A stretch of 59,780 nucleotides of DNA, the filler included, from Neoconidiobolus thromboides FSU 785 (taxonomy: Eukaryota > Fungi > Entomophthoromycota), in assembly GCA_025603075.1 (NCBI GenBank). It is 7 parts of 7 records of this genome, joined end to end, with 100 filler letters (N's around TTAATTAATTAA, not from the genome) between each part and the next. Parts side by side here need not be neighbours in the genome. Positions count along the whole stretch, not along the records: positions 11,197 to 18,373 come from MU626712.1; positions 18,474 to 23,508 come from MU626765.1; positions 23,609 to 45,118 come from MU626542.1; 4 more parts are not named here. One strand, given 5' to 3'. The stretch's first letter is position 1; every line of letters starts with the position of its first letter. Made by a program: the position numbers and the translations under genes. This document shows positions 12,495 to 24,576 of the stretch, piece by piece. The notes below the pieces were generated by a model. The model was not told the DNA's origin. It made no database searches and saw only the letters and a list, made by a program, of their open reading frames with translations.

Positions 12495-12593
12495 GGGGAT
12501 ATATTTTTGTGTTTAAGAATTTTGCTAACAATTTTTCCGCTTAAATAGTGCTTAAAAAATGGAAAAAATAATGAAGTCAAAAAAAACATTCCC
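12495..12593 (+). mobile_element. ~98-bp MITE copy
   Basis: ATAT/ATAT; near-consensus. Confidence 0.85.
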
Positions 12594-12946
12594 ATATATT
12601 AAATAAAATTTTTATAATAGTTTTAAGTTTTAAATAAAAATGGAAGTAAAAACAAAAGCGTATTTAGTAAATTTAGATTATTATAGTAAATGAAGCTATA
12701 TTGATATCAAAATTTTCTGTTTCGCATTTGAAAAATAATAAAATAATAAATGGAGTTTATTCTAATTATCTATTTGAGATATTGAATTATAATTTTATAT
12801 ATAGAGAAAACTGTTTAATTAATTTAACATTTAAAAAACTTCTATTTAAAAAGTTTCTAAAAATTAATATATAGGCAAATATAGGAAATTGGTTTAAATT
12901 TCAAAAGTTTCTATATTATATGTTCAAAAAAATCCATAAAATATAT

Positions 12947-13045
12947 GGGGATACTTTTTTTTGCTTAATAATTTTACTAACAATTTTTCCGCTCAAATAG
13001 TGCTTAAAAAATGGAAAAAGTTATGAAACCAAGAAAAACAGCCCC
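12947..13045 (+). mobile_element. ~98-bp MITE copy
   Basis: ATAT/ATAT. Confidence 0.83.
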
Positions 13046-13134
13046 ATATAGTAGGTCAAATATTAATCTTAATTTTTTTACTGAGTATTATAAAAAAATA
13101 TTGCTGATGGATGTTTTAAAAAAAAATTATAACA

Positions 13135-13777
13135 TGTGAAATCTGTTACTCAGTGTTTGGAGTCAAGAACAGCTATTGCTGGGTTGACTACACTATAAGT
13201 CGGAAGGTCTTAGTTTATATGACTAAGATAGACTTGGATTATGAAGAATAGCACGTAGTAGGTTACAAGCTATACAAGACAGATATAATAGACAATACTA
13301 ATGTAAATCTACGTAAAATACTATTAAGAAAACTTAGTGGCTTTATTAAATGTTCGAGATATCAGGGAATAATTCAGTTAAAAAGCCTCGAACTACTATA
13401 CTCTGTAAACTCTTTTATACTCTGANNNNNNNNNNNNNNNNNNNNNNNNNNNNNNNNNNNNNNNNNNNNNNNNNNNNNNNNNNNNNNNNNNNNNNNNNNN
13501 NNNNNNNNNNNNNNNNNNNNNNNNNTTAAATGTTCGAGATATCAGGGAATAATTCAGTTAAAAAGCCTCGAACTACTATACTCTGTAAACTCTTTTATAC
13601 TCTGAAAAGTATAAATATCAAAATGAGAAGATGGTACTCTTTGGGATGGAGCTAGAAACTCTCATGGCAAATCAAACTAAGAACGTGGGATTGGTTTTCT
13701 CTGAACTCGAGAACACAACAGCTTGGGCGATTGTTAGGCTATAATTAACCATGAGACTGACAAAGCGATATTTCACA
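13135..13777 (+). mobile_element. TG...CA repeat family (solo-LTR-like), full copy interrupted by an artefactual gap
   Basis: TGTGAAAT...ATTTCACA termini and AACA/AACA target duplication. Length is 463 bp after removing 100 N and the 80-bp duplicated overlap. Confidence 0.8.
13346..13605. other. Unmerged contig overlap: 80 bp (13346-13425) repeated at 13526-13605 across a 100-N gap
   Basis: Exact direct duplication on both sides of the gap. Removing it restores the 463-bp element length. Confidence 0.9.
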
Positions 13778-13907
13778 AACAGAAAAATATTTTTAGAATA
13801 TTAGGTAAAATAAAAAATATTAATTAGTTGATTTAGAAATTTGAGATTTTTATTTATAAACATAATAAAATTAATAATTTAATCATTATTAATAATAGAA
13901 TAGATAT

Positions 13908-14006
13908 GGGGATTTGTTTTTTTGTTTAAGAACTTTACTAACAATCTTTCCACTCAAATAGCATTTAAAAAATGAAAAAAGCAATCAAATCAAAAAAACA
14001 TACCTA
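13908..14006 (+). mobile_element. ~98-bp MITE copy
   Basis: ATAT/ATAT; conserved core. Confidence 0.78.
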
Positions 14007-14212
14007 ATATTGCCTATAAAGCAGCCAATAATAAATACTTTTGATGAATCTTTATAGGAGTATGTATTTATCTGTATACTATAGATTTGATTAGTATCAA
14101 TATATAAGCAGTATTAGCAAAACCCTTGTTAATCCGAGAATTCTTATTAAATTTAATAGAAACTCTTCCAACTTAAAACATAAAGTATAATGAAATAATT
14201 TAAAATTGTAAT

Positions 14213-14314
14213 GGATACTTTTGCTTTTTTGATTTCATTACTTTTTCCATTTCTTGAGCGCTATTTGAGTGGAAAGATCGTTAGTAAGATTCTTAAACAC
14301 AAAAATACATTCCC
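14213..14314 (-). mobile_element. ~98-bp MITE copy
   Basis: Conserved core; one end decayed. Confidence 0.75.
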
Positions 14315-16769
14315 ATTAGTTTTGAAGTAAACAAAGTATAAAATTCCATAGCTGGGATTTCAAACTTTTTTAATTTTAAAACTATTGTCAAAATCTTTAG
14401 CAGTTTGTCTAAATTTTTCTTGAGACAGCCATGATGGGTTGAGAATATTGCAATATTTAAACTAAAGAATTACCAAAACACCTTCCAAAGAGATCATTTT
14501 CCGCTAAAAAACCATTTGAGTTATAAAATTACGGTGTTTTATGCTAGTTTTTACTAAATTTCTATTATAATTAAAGTCGATTTGTTTTATATTTATTCAT
14601 TATAAATTGAGAATATTTATATAAATGTGAACTTTTTTACTAATATTTGTATTAGTAATATATGCATTAACTTAAATAATAGCATTAAGGGTCCTTTCTA
14701 TAATTTGTATTATCTTATCAGATTGATCTCCTTTCTTTAAAGTATTTTGTTAATAGGTTCAAATTTGAATAACAATATCTTTGATCTTTAGACGTAGATT
14801 TAGTTATCTTATTTTATCAACTTATTTTATAACCCAAATAGATTATTTCTTTCAATTCTTAAGTCCATTAGACCTTTGATATAGTAAATAAAATCACTTT
14901 CCAAAGTTTTAAGTAAAATGTAAACTGCATGTAGTTCTATCCTTACTTCCGGGTTTAACCACCAAATCACCCTCTTCATTTTCATGTATATACTTTTTTG
15001 AAATAAAGCCACTGTTTTTACCTTTACCATAAGTGTGCTTAAAAAATCAAAGTGGGTTTTTATTACAGATAAAAATAACTATAATATGTCATTCCTTAGT
15101 TTTTATTGATTTTCAATAAGCTACAGCCTTTTTTTTAAAATTACATTCAATAGATTAAAACTATAACTAGTATTAATAAATATAGTTACTAATATTTTAT
15201 TAATTTAGTTAAAACATTATGCTTTAAAATTGAGCCTTTTAGTTAAATTTATTTTTATATTAAATAATGTAAAACAATAACATTTAATATATCTAATACA
15301 TCTTATCCTATTTCATTTGATATATTTTTCTTGAGCTACATTAAATTAGAAATTTTATTACAAAGATTAGTTATTTTCCAAACTATCGTATATTTAATTT
15401 AAACTTTCCTTTAAATCTTGAAGGACCATAAGGTTATAAGTATGTTTATTTATGAGAGAAAAGTAGGTAAAATGAAAACGAAAGAAAGAGAGTTAGAAGT
15501 ACATTAATGTAATTTACTCATTTTAATAATAAAAAACAGACATTTCTTATTAAAATAATCTTACTTTCATTTTGGTCAAACGAGCCTTTTGGTGTTAGAA
15601 AATCGCTTTATTTAATTTTGTCTGACCTTGAGATTTAATAAACTATCATTTGATTCTCTCCCTTTGAACAGTTACTATCAGTTAAAGTTAATGTAACCCA
15701 TACCCTGGTTATTGCCTCATCACATTGCTTTATTCTACCACGCTCTGACTATCTATTGTTTCTGAATTTTTTGACTTCTCTTTAATAAAACGTTACTCCC
15801 TTCTTGCAAGGACTAAGAAATAGACATTTATAACAACATATTTGATAAATTATTTTTGAGTAAAGGATAATTAACAAATGTATAAAAAACCTAATAAAGA
15901 ATAGAGTATTATTCTGTTGCTTTGTTTAAGATTCTAGAGTAAAAATGATTAATTGAGTGATACCACTGAAAGCTTAATAAAATTAGCGAAAATTCACTGC
16001 AGCAATGTTTTCTGCTTTCCTAAAAAAACCTTAAAGGAGCAGAACTGCCAAGCGTTTTATTCTTGGAGGTAAGGAGATTCAAATGAGAAACTAATTGATA
16101 AAAGTTGAGCGGGTGAAGGGAGTGTGATAGGGTAAATGGGAAAACTAAGCTATGGTCAAACTTTTTTACAATAAAAAATGAATCGATATTTAAGATATCA
16201 CAAGAATAAAGTTTACAGAAATATAAGTTTTATATTATGCTCTTTAAGCTGTATTTTAATATAACTTTTATTTAAAATATGTGAAACATACTTATGCATT
16301 AAAGTATTTACCTTATTTTTTATTTTTAAAGTAAAGTAAAGTAAGCCTATTCGTTATTTTCTCTATCATTTACTATCAATTATATAACATAGTTAGGTTC
16401 CCAAGCATTTAAGTGTTTTAAAATAATTCATAAAGTGAGAATAAAAGATAAAATTGTATTAAAATCTAAAACCATTAAAGAAAGGGTTCAAGTAGTCTTT
16501 TTTGCTAAAAAGTATACAAGACCTATTTGTTAATTTTATTTAAAAAGGCGATGGCTATTTTGGGTTAAACAAATAATATTTTTTGTATATTTAAGAATAA
16601 TAAAGTAAACTTTAACCTGTAAATCATTTGAAAATAGAATTCATTGATAATAAAAGTAATCGCTGATTAATATATGTTTAATCTGAAGTGGTTAAAAAAT
16701 CGGGTGTAAAATTAGAATTGAGGAATCAAGTATAAAAGAAAAAATAAAGCACTATTAATAATTAAAAAG

Positions 16770-18373
16770 ATGTTTAGCTTAATTTTAATATTGAATTGTA
16801 TATTTGTCATACTTTTGACTTATTATATTTATAATGTAATTTACTAATTATGTTTACTTATTTAATTCTAATTTATATCTTTGAAGATCATATATAACAT
16901 ATGTTTTAGTCCATTGAAAAATGTACCTGGTCCATTAATCAATCTAATTTTTCCATTTATACATAACCTTTATCTAATAAATGGTACCTTCCCAGAGTAT
17001 GCTCTAAATATGCATAGTAAGTACGGAAGTGCAGTGAGAATAAGTAGGTATTTGTAACCCATCTGACTATTTTGATAATTAATAAATAAAACTAGGCTGG
17101 AGTGAAGTATCCTTTTCTTCAGATTCAGCACTAAAGGAGATTTATTCAACCTATGCTTACAAAAAAGATCAAGTCTATGATATGTATAAAATAACAGGAG
17201 AAAGCACTTTTAGCACAAGGTAATAAATATAAAATATCAACTAACTGTTATTAACATTTGTTAGGAATAAGGATTTACATCGTCAAAGAGTAATATTATA
17301 CATGATCTTCAAGATAATGACTAACAGTTAGAAAAAAATCATTGCTCCATCTTTCTCCTGTAAAGTAATGCAAAGTGCCGAGTATCTAGTTAAAAAGAAT
17401 GTAGATACTTTTGTAAATAAATTGGATATTTTTGCAACCAAAGAACAAACATTCGATCTTGGTCTCTACTTTCATTATTTCGCCTTTGTAAGCTATTCTA
17501 TAAAATGGTCATATTTGTATTAATACAATTATCAGGATGTAATTGGAGACTTGGTATTTGGGAAATCATTTAATATGTTGAGGGACGGCTATCATCCAAT
17601 AGTAAAATGGATACATGATATTTCAAGTTACAATCTTGTGGTATGATCTACTTTTCTTTTTTTAGCTATAATATTTAGACGATACTAGGTATTCATGTTT
17701 CCATTTATGAAATATTATCAATTTGATGGCATTAAAAAACTATATGAGGTATTGATTATTAAAAGTTTAAATTGAACTCATCTAATTAAGCTTAGTTTTC
17801 ATATGAAGCAATAAAAGATGCTAGAAATAATCCAGAAAGAACTAGTACCTTGAGTACTTTAATTAAAGCAATGGACTCAGTTACTGGAAAACACTTAACT
17901 GATAAAGAAATAGCTGAAGAATCGATTTTACAAATGTAATTTTAATCATGATTTATTTAAAAAAAAAATTGAAATAAGTATTTTAAAGTGATGCTGGAAC
18001 CGACACTACCTCGAACTCGCTTTCATGGTAATTCAACATAGTTAACATCCTTAATGTGCTAATTAATATACCTAGGATATTCTATTTATTAGCTAATAAT
18101 CCAGAAGTATATGAAAAAGCTAAAGAAGAAATATATACAATATTCCCAGATAAGGATTCAATTACTTATATTAAATGTAAATCAGAATGTCATTATCTCA
18201 ATGCCATAATTCATGAAGGTCTAAGAATCCTACCAGTAGCTGGTGGTACAGCAACAAGAATTGTCCCTAAAGGAGGGAGAGTAATTGATGGATATTATAT
18301 ACCAGAAGAGGTAAAGTCAATTACAAAAATAGCCAAACTTAATAATATCTCTTAGGTTATTGTTGGAGTGAAT
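16770..18373 (+). CDS. Cytochrome P450, multi-exon, 3' end lost in assembly gap
   Basis: Spliced translation MFSLILILNCIFVILLTYYIYN-IIYNICFSPLKNVPGP, I-helix AGTDTT, K-helix EGLR. Intron positions match the P450 at 21354. Confidence 0.92.
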
Positions 18374-18473
18374 NNNNNNNNNNNNNNNNNNNNNNNNNNN
18401 NNNNNNNNNNNNNNNNNTTAATTAATTAANNNNNNNNNNNNNNNNNNNNNNNNNNNNNNNNNNNNNNNNNNNN

Positions 18474-18952
18474 CAGGTTTAGGTTTAACTTCTAATTCCT
18501 ATACCGGTACTAATGTTGCCGCTGGTGCTGTTACTGGATTAAATGTAGGTAACTTGATTGGATTAAATGCTGGAGCTGCTGCTGCTGCTAATATCAATAA
18601 TAATGGAGTTAATGCTGGAGCTGTTGCCGATGCTAATTTAAATGTTGCACATATTGCTAATATTGGTCTTGGTGCTGATTTAGGTTTAGGTTTAGGACTC
18701 ACTAGTGGTAGTCGTAAATACTATAGAAGAGATTATGGCTCATATAACAATGGATTAGCTGTAGGATTAGCTGCAGGATTAGGTGCTAAAGTAAATACTG
18801 GATTAGTTGATGTTGATGCTGCTGCTGCTGCTAAAGTTGGATTAGGATTAAATAATAATGGTTATGGATCAGGATTGAATCTTGGTGCTGCTGCTGCTGC
18901 TGCTGCTGATATTAATCTTGCTCGTAACATTGGATATGGCTATGCTTACTAA
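18474..18952 (+). CDS. Gly/Ala/Asn/Leu-rich low-complexity protein, 5' end lost in gap; possible structural or cell-wall protein
   Basis: Frame open from the contig edge for about 158 codons, with strong GCT/GGT/GGA/AAT/TTA codon usage. Function is not recognised. Confidence 0.75.
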
Positions 18953-21353
18953 TTTATTATTTATTAAAAATTTATTTATTTTAAATATTGTATCTTTAGT
19001 TTGATTTTCTTACAATTTTTAAAATACTTGTTCGTAAATGCTATATAGGTAAATGTAAGTTTAAGTATTTAGCTTTTAGTATTTATTCCAAAGCTTCTTT
19101 TATTATTATCATCTAAATATGTGATTTTTCTTTCGGTAAGTTAATTACATTACTTATTTCTACTGCTAAAATTTAGGATCATTGAATACCCCTGCTATAT
19201 ACTCAATTAAGAAGTCATAAGTAATATTTATATCATAATCGAGTAGTATGGCCTGCCTTTTTAGACTGCTTACTATGAGCCCAAACACCCAATAGCTGAA
19301 AAATTGAAAACACTTGATAGTTAAGATTATAAATATAATGTGTATATATTTAACTAGTGACTGAGTAATCCAAACAGAAAATTGTGCACATGATCTACAT
19401 TTCTGTTTTGATTTGAAGTAGCCTAGACTCAATCACTAGTATCTCTCAGGTAACTTAATCTTTTATATTTTAAGGTATACTTTTCAATTCAGAATATTAG
19501 TTTAGTACATTTTGGTGTTGTTTCCCCTTTCAGTAATTTATTATTATTCACCAAGTGACTCGTATAGCCTTGAGTAATTATTAACAACTATGAACAAGGT
19601 TAACGTTGATGAAAGTAAATGAAAGTTATAAGGGCGAAGTTTTTTTCCCGTTATGTTGCCGGTTAATTTAACCTTACTCCAAGGAAATTCAAATACATAA
19701 GCATTTCAACGAGGAGTATGCCTAAGGATAGCAGCTTTTTACATTAAGAATATGTATCTGTCCTTTGATATGAACATTCAATCATGGTTTGTAAGTGGTA
19801 AGATGCTGGCTCACAAAAGTCAAACAGTTATTGCAAAGGTTTTTTTGTGGCATTTTATTATACAAAGTAAGTATATTTTTTAAAACGAGGATATTTAGTT
19901 AGTTTATTTATTACAATCAATTTAAAATCTGAAATTTACTTTATACAGAGTTTGCGTTTGGGTTCTAGGTATGTTCAACTTGATATTTCATTAATCACTT
20001 TAATTGCCTTGTAGTATTTTATTTATGCTAGTAAAAATGTCATCATTTTAGCTAGTAACCTAATACCTTGTTATTTATATGTGAACATTTTTCCTTATCA
20101 AGTATTTTTAATTTCCACGTTTGTAACTTTAAAAGCAGCGCTCAGTTTAATAGTCAAAGGGTATTTAACACATTCACATCAGACATTAATTTTAGAACAG
20201 TATTTATGGAGACGAATTAAGTGAACATGATAATCTTCGCACTAAACAAACAGCAAAAGTTTAGGCTGAATTTTGAAATTAGCTAATTTCCAGACTTGGT
20301 AATCTACCAAATTCTATTAAAATCAAAAATTCATAACCATGAATTGTACTAAAAGTCCTAATGATAATGGCTTAAGGCATTAGTACTCTGAACTTTAGAA
20401 AAGTTGTATTGATTATAACGTTAGAATTTCCCCTATGACGATCCATGCGAATGTATTTAGTCACCTCGAAAGTATAAAGACTTCTACCCTAAATACTATA
20501 AATTCAAACACTTTTCTTCAACAACAGTATCCCACCCTTAAATATAAAGCTAGAATTGCCTTTAATTTTAATACTTTATTTCCTTATTTGTAACATCTAA
20601 AAGAATTTTCCTCAATAAACATGAAAGTATCGCTCTAAAGAATGAGGTCAAAATAGTTTAATGGAAGGTCGAGTATCAGGTTCTTTATGTAATATAAAAA
20701 GGCCAGATATGCAAATATCCCATCGACACTCTTTTGATGTTATATTTCATAATGTATCTTACTCCGTTGCATAGGCTAATAATTTAACTATTGGAGGATA
20801 AATTTTCCCGCACTAACTTTATTTCAAGTTCTATGAAACAAGATATAAGTTTATCAGAGAAACAAAAACCAATGAAAAATAAAGCTTTATAGCCAATAAA
20901 CCTGATATGAGAATATTCTGCCCCTGTAATATAAGGTTAGAATTCCATATTATAAGTTGTGTTTGTGTCTGAGATGATATTAAAAACTCTGATGGATATG
21001 TTTTTAAATAATACAAGTCTCTAAAGGTGCTCCGATACCTCTTTTTTGAGCTTGGATAACTTTTTATCCTATTTTTTTTACGAATATTATGGCTTATGAA
21101 GAACAGATGTTTTTATGAAAAAAGCCTGCATCATTCGAAGCAACAAGGTTATAGAATAAATACGCTAATCTTAAAAGCTCCTTAAAATCCCGTGCTTTTT
21201 GTTTCTAGTAATAACAAAATATTTAACTAAAAGTCAATATATTACTCAAATTAAGTTAACTATATATAAATCGACTTAAGAAATCTTTGAAATAAAATAA
21301 AGGTATAAATTACATCTAAAAGCAGAAATCAGAAATCAAAATTATTTCTCAAA

Positions 21354-23301
21354 ATGTTGAATTTGAGTACAATTATAGTTTATACTATAATAACTGCTTT
21401 AGTTTACTGGATTTACAATGTATTGATTTTATTTACTAACTTTATAAATAACAAACCTCGTCTAGGCGATATACAATATATTCTTTAGTCCTTTAAGAAA
21501 GATACCGGGTCCATTAATATCTCAAATCATTCCTAATTTCCACAGGATATACGCTTATAATGGAACCATGCACACATATATAAAGGGGCTCCACGAAAAA
21601 TATGGTGAAGTTGTGCGACTAAGTAAGGAAACAACTAATAATTTAAATTAAAAATAATCTGTTTATTAGGTGCAAATAGTATTACATTTTCATCTGACGA
21701 AGTTACAAAAGAGTTATATTCTACTTATGCGCTCCCAAAAAGCACCTTCTACTACGGTTTCCACATTACCGGGGAAACTATCCTTAGCACAACGTACTTT
21801 AAATTTTACATAATATAAGGAACTATTGACAAATCATTTAGTAACAAGGACTTTCATCGCCAAAGGGTAAAAAGTTTAGAAAGTAATATATACTATATTG
21901 AACATAACCATTTAGAAAAAAATACTGGCTGCTAGTTTTTCAGATAAAACTATAGCAAGCGTAGAATATTTAGTAAAAGAAAATGTTGATAACTTAGTGA
22001 ACAAAGTTAGAGAAATGGCTTCAGAAGAAAAAAACTTTGATTTTGGTTTATTGTTTCATTATTTTTCATTTGTAAGAATAAAATTAATTATTATCACCCA
22101 ATACCAACCCATATATTATTAGGACGTGATCGGAGATTTGGCATATGGCAAATCTTTCGACATGATAAAAAATGGATATCACCCAGTTATTGGATGGATA
22201 AAAGATTATTTCCGCATAGTTGTTTTGGTAATTATCTTATGCTTTACTTTTAAAATATCAATTAATATTTAAGGTTGGAATACTTCCAGTTTTAAAAAAT
22301 TATGCGTTTGAAAGTGTAACTAAACTCTATAAAGTGAGATATAAATTATCAATACTCTCTAAACTAATTATGACTTTTTTAGTTTTCCTATGAAGCTGTA
22401 AAAAACGTTAAAGAGCATTCAGATAGAGTTACAATTTTAAGTACTTTAATTAACGCCTCTGATCCGGATACTGGAAAGAAGCTTAGTGAAAAGGAAATTG
22501 TTGAAGAATCTATTATTCAACTGTAATAATTTAACTATACTATTATTATATCCTAATTAATTTGTAGTGTTGCTGGGTCAGATACGACCTCGAATTCATT
22601 AACCTGGTACCTTTATTATTAGTTATATTTAATTCATTTGATTTAATTAACTAATTAGGACTTTCTATCTTCTATCAAAACATCCTGAAGTTTACAGCAA
22701 ATTAAAGATGGAGTTGTTTAAAAATTTCCCAGATGAAGGATCGATTACTTATAGTAGATGTAAAGAATGTGTTTACCTTAAAGCAGTTATCTATGAAAGT
22801 ATGAGAATTTTACCAGCAATTTCTGGAAATATGCCAAGAGCCGTTCAAAAAGGCGGCAAAGTAATAGAGGGTTATTTTATCCCTGAAAATGTAATTTGTA
22901 TAGCATTTGATTGAACATGTTTTTTAATTTGTTATAGACTATTGTTTCAATTAGTGTAATAGCTCTTCACAATAATCCTAATTATTGGAAGGACCCCCAT
23001 GTATTTAATCCAGGAAGATGGGTTGACGAATATGGTAGCTTCAAACCTCATAGATATTTTATGCCATTTTCGATTGGTCCAAGAGCATGCTTGGGTAGAA
23101 GGTAGTATAATATTATTATATAGCTATTCATATCTAATTTATTGCTTTTTTAGCTTGGCTTGGATGGAACTTTATTTAGCTACTGCTTCATTAGTCAGAA
23201 ATTTTAGTTTTAAGCTAAAAGACGAAAGTGACGTAAAATCGAAATTGCACGTTGTTACCATCCCAGAAAAACCTATAAATATGTCTGCATTTCAACACTA
23301 A
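21354..23301 (+). CDS. Cytochrome P450, complete, multi-exon
   Basis: N-terminal anchor plus SPLRKIPGP, I-helix VAGSDTT, K-helix ESMR, FNPGRW, and heme motif FSIGPRACLG. Confidence 0.95.
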
Positions 23302-24253
23302 TCTAGTGTTTTAATTGAAGTATCCTTTATGAATAGCATCTTATTAAAGGCTTCATGCAGTATTATGCAATAATTTACCATCCGTGGAACTATCTTCATA
23401 AATAAAACAAGTCTATCATAGAAAGTATCAAAACAACTTAATACCATATTTCAATTTAAAAATATAGCTAGCTATTAAAACACTTTATTTAGTATAAGTA
23501 TTACAAAGNNNNNNNNNNNNNNNNNNNNNNNNNNNNNNNNNNNNNNNNNNNNTTAATTAATTAANNNNNNNNNNNNNNNNNNNNNNNNNNNNNNNNNNNN
23601 NNNNNNNNCCTATCGTATTGAAATTTTCAAAAATTCCATTTCGAAGTTTAGTTATGAAAGTTTGCATTTTATTTTTATTTCAACAAAAAATAAAGTCAAA
23701 TAAGTGTATTTATATAATTATATAATCATATAGTTATATATTATATATCTGTTAAATATCTAACAGAACTAACATAAAATATATAGTTAGGAAAATTAGC
23801 TATTTAAAAAAAGGAAACAATTAAAATAAGTTTTAAATAGAGACATTTAATTTTAGGCTTTTTAGATTTAACCGTTATATTGGACACAAACTTGAAATTT
23901 TAAATTTGGATTCATTTCTAAGTAGATTCTGAAACCAATTAGGACAGCCCCATATCCTGAATCTGACGTAGTATGAGAATTAAAATAAAAATACAACTGT
24001 TTTTATCTTTTCTATTAAACTATATAATTCGAATATTATATAGAAACGCTTTTAATTTTATCACTTTCTTTGCTTTTAAGTATTATTTAAATAAAGAGTT
24101 TTGTTAAAATTTTTAGATAAAAACAAACCCTTTGTATATTATTAAAATTTGATTATTAAGTTTTAATAATATATATATCATTTTAGTTAATTTACAACAT
24201 TTTGAACTATGATTATCATTAAAAAATTATGCTGAAATTTTAATTTAATAAAT

Positions 24254-24352
24254 GAGGATGTTTTTTTTGACTCCATTACTTTTTCCATCTTTTAAGTGCT
24301 ATTTGAGTGGAAAAGTTGTTAGTAGAATTCTTATATACAAAAATGCGTTCCT
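24254..24352 (-). mobile_element. ~98-bp MITE copy
   Basis: AAAT/AAAT target duplication. Confidence 0.82.
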
Positions 24353-24477
24353 AAATAACAATTATATTTTGTAAAAATCTTTTATAACTATATTTTAAAA
24401 ATAAAGTATTTTTAGTATTAATTATTGTTTTAATTTTTTCTAAATTATTTAAATTAGACCTTTGCAATTAAAGATAT

Positions 24478-24576
24478 GGGGATGTTTTTTTTAGCTTCAG
24501 CATTTTTCCCATCTTTTAAGCGCTATTTGAGTGGAAAAATTGTTAGTAAAATTCTTGAATACAAAAATACATTCCC
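24478..24576 (-). mobile_element. ~98-bp MITE copy
   Basis: ATAT/ATAT. Confidence 0.83.

Noticed and set aside
13346-13605. 80-bp direct repeat
   Set aside because: Straddles an N gap; removing it restores the family length, so it is an unmerged overlap.
14827-15030. Short minus-strand ORF in slightly GC-richer DNA
   Set aside because: Coding-like stretches switch frames and match no family I recognise.
18499-18702. Minus-strand Pro/Ala-rich ORF
   Set aside because: Antisense shadow of the Gly/Ala-rich plus-strand gene.
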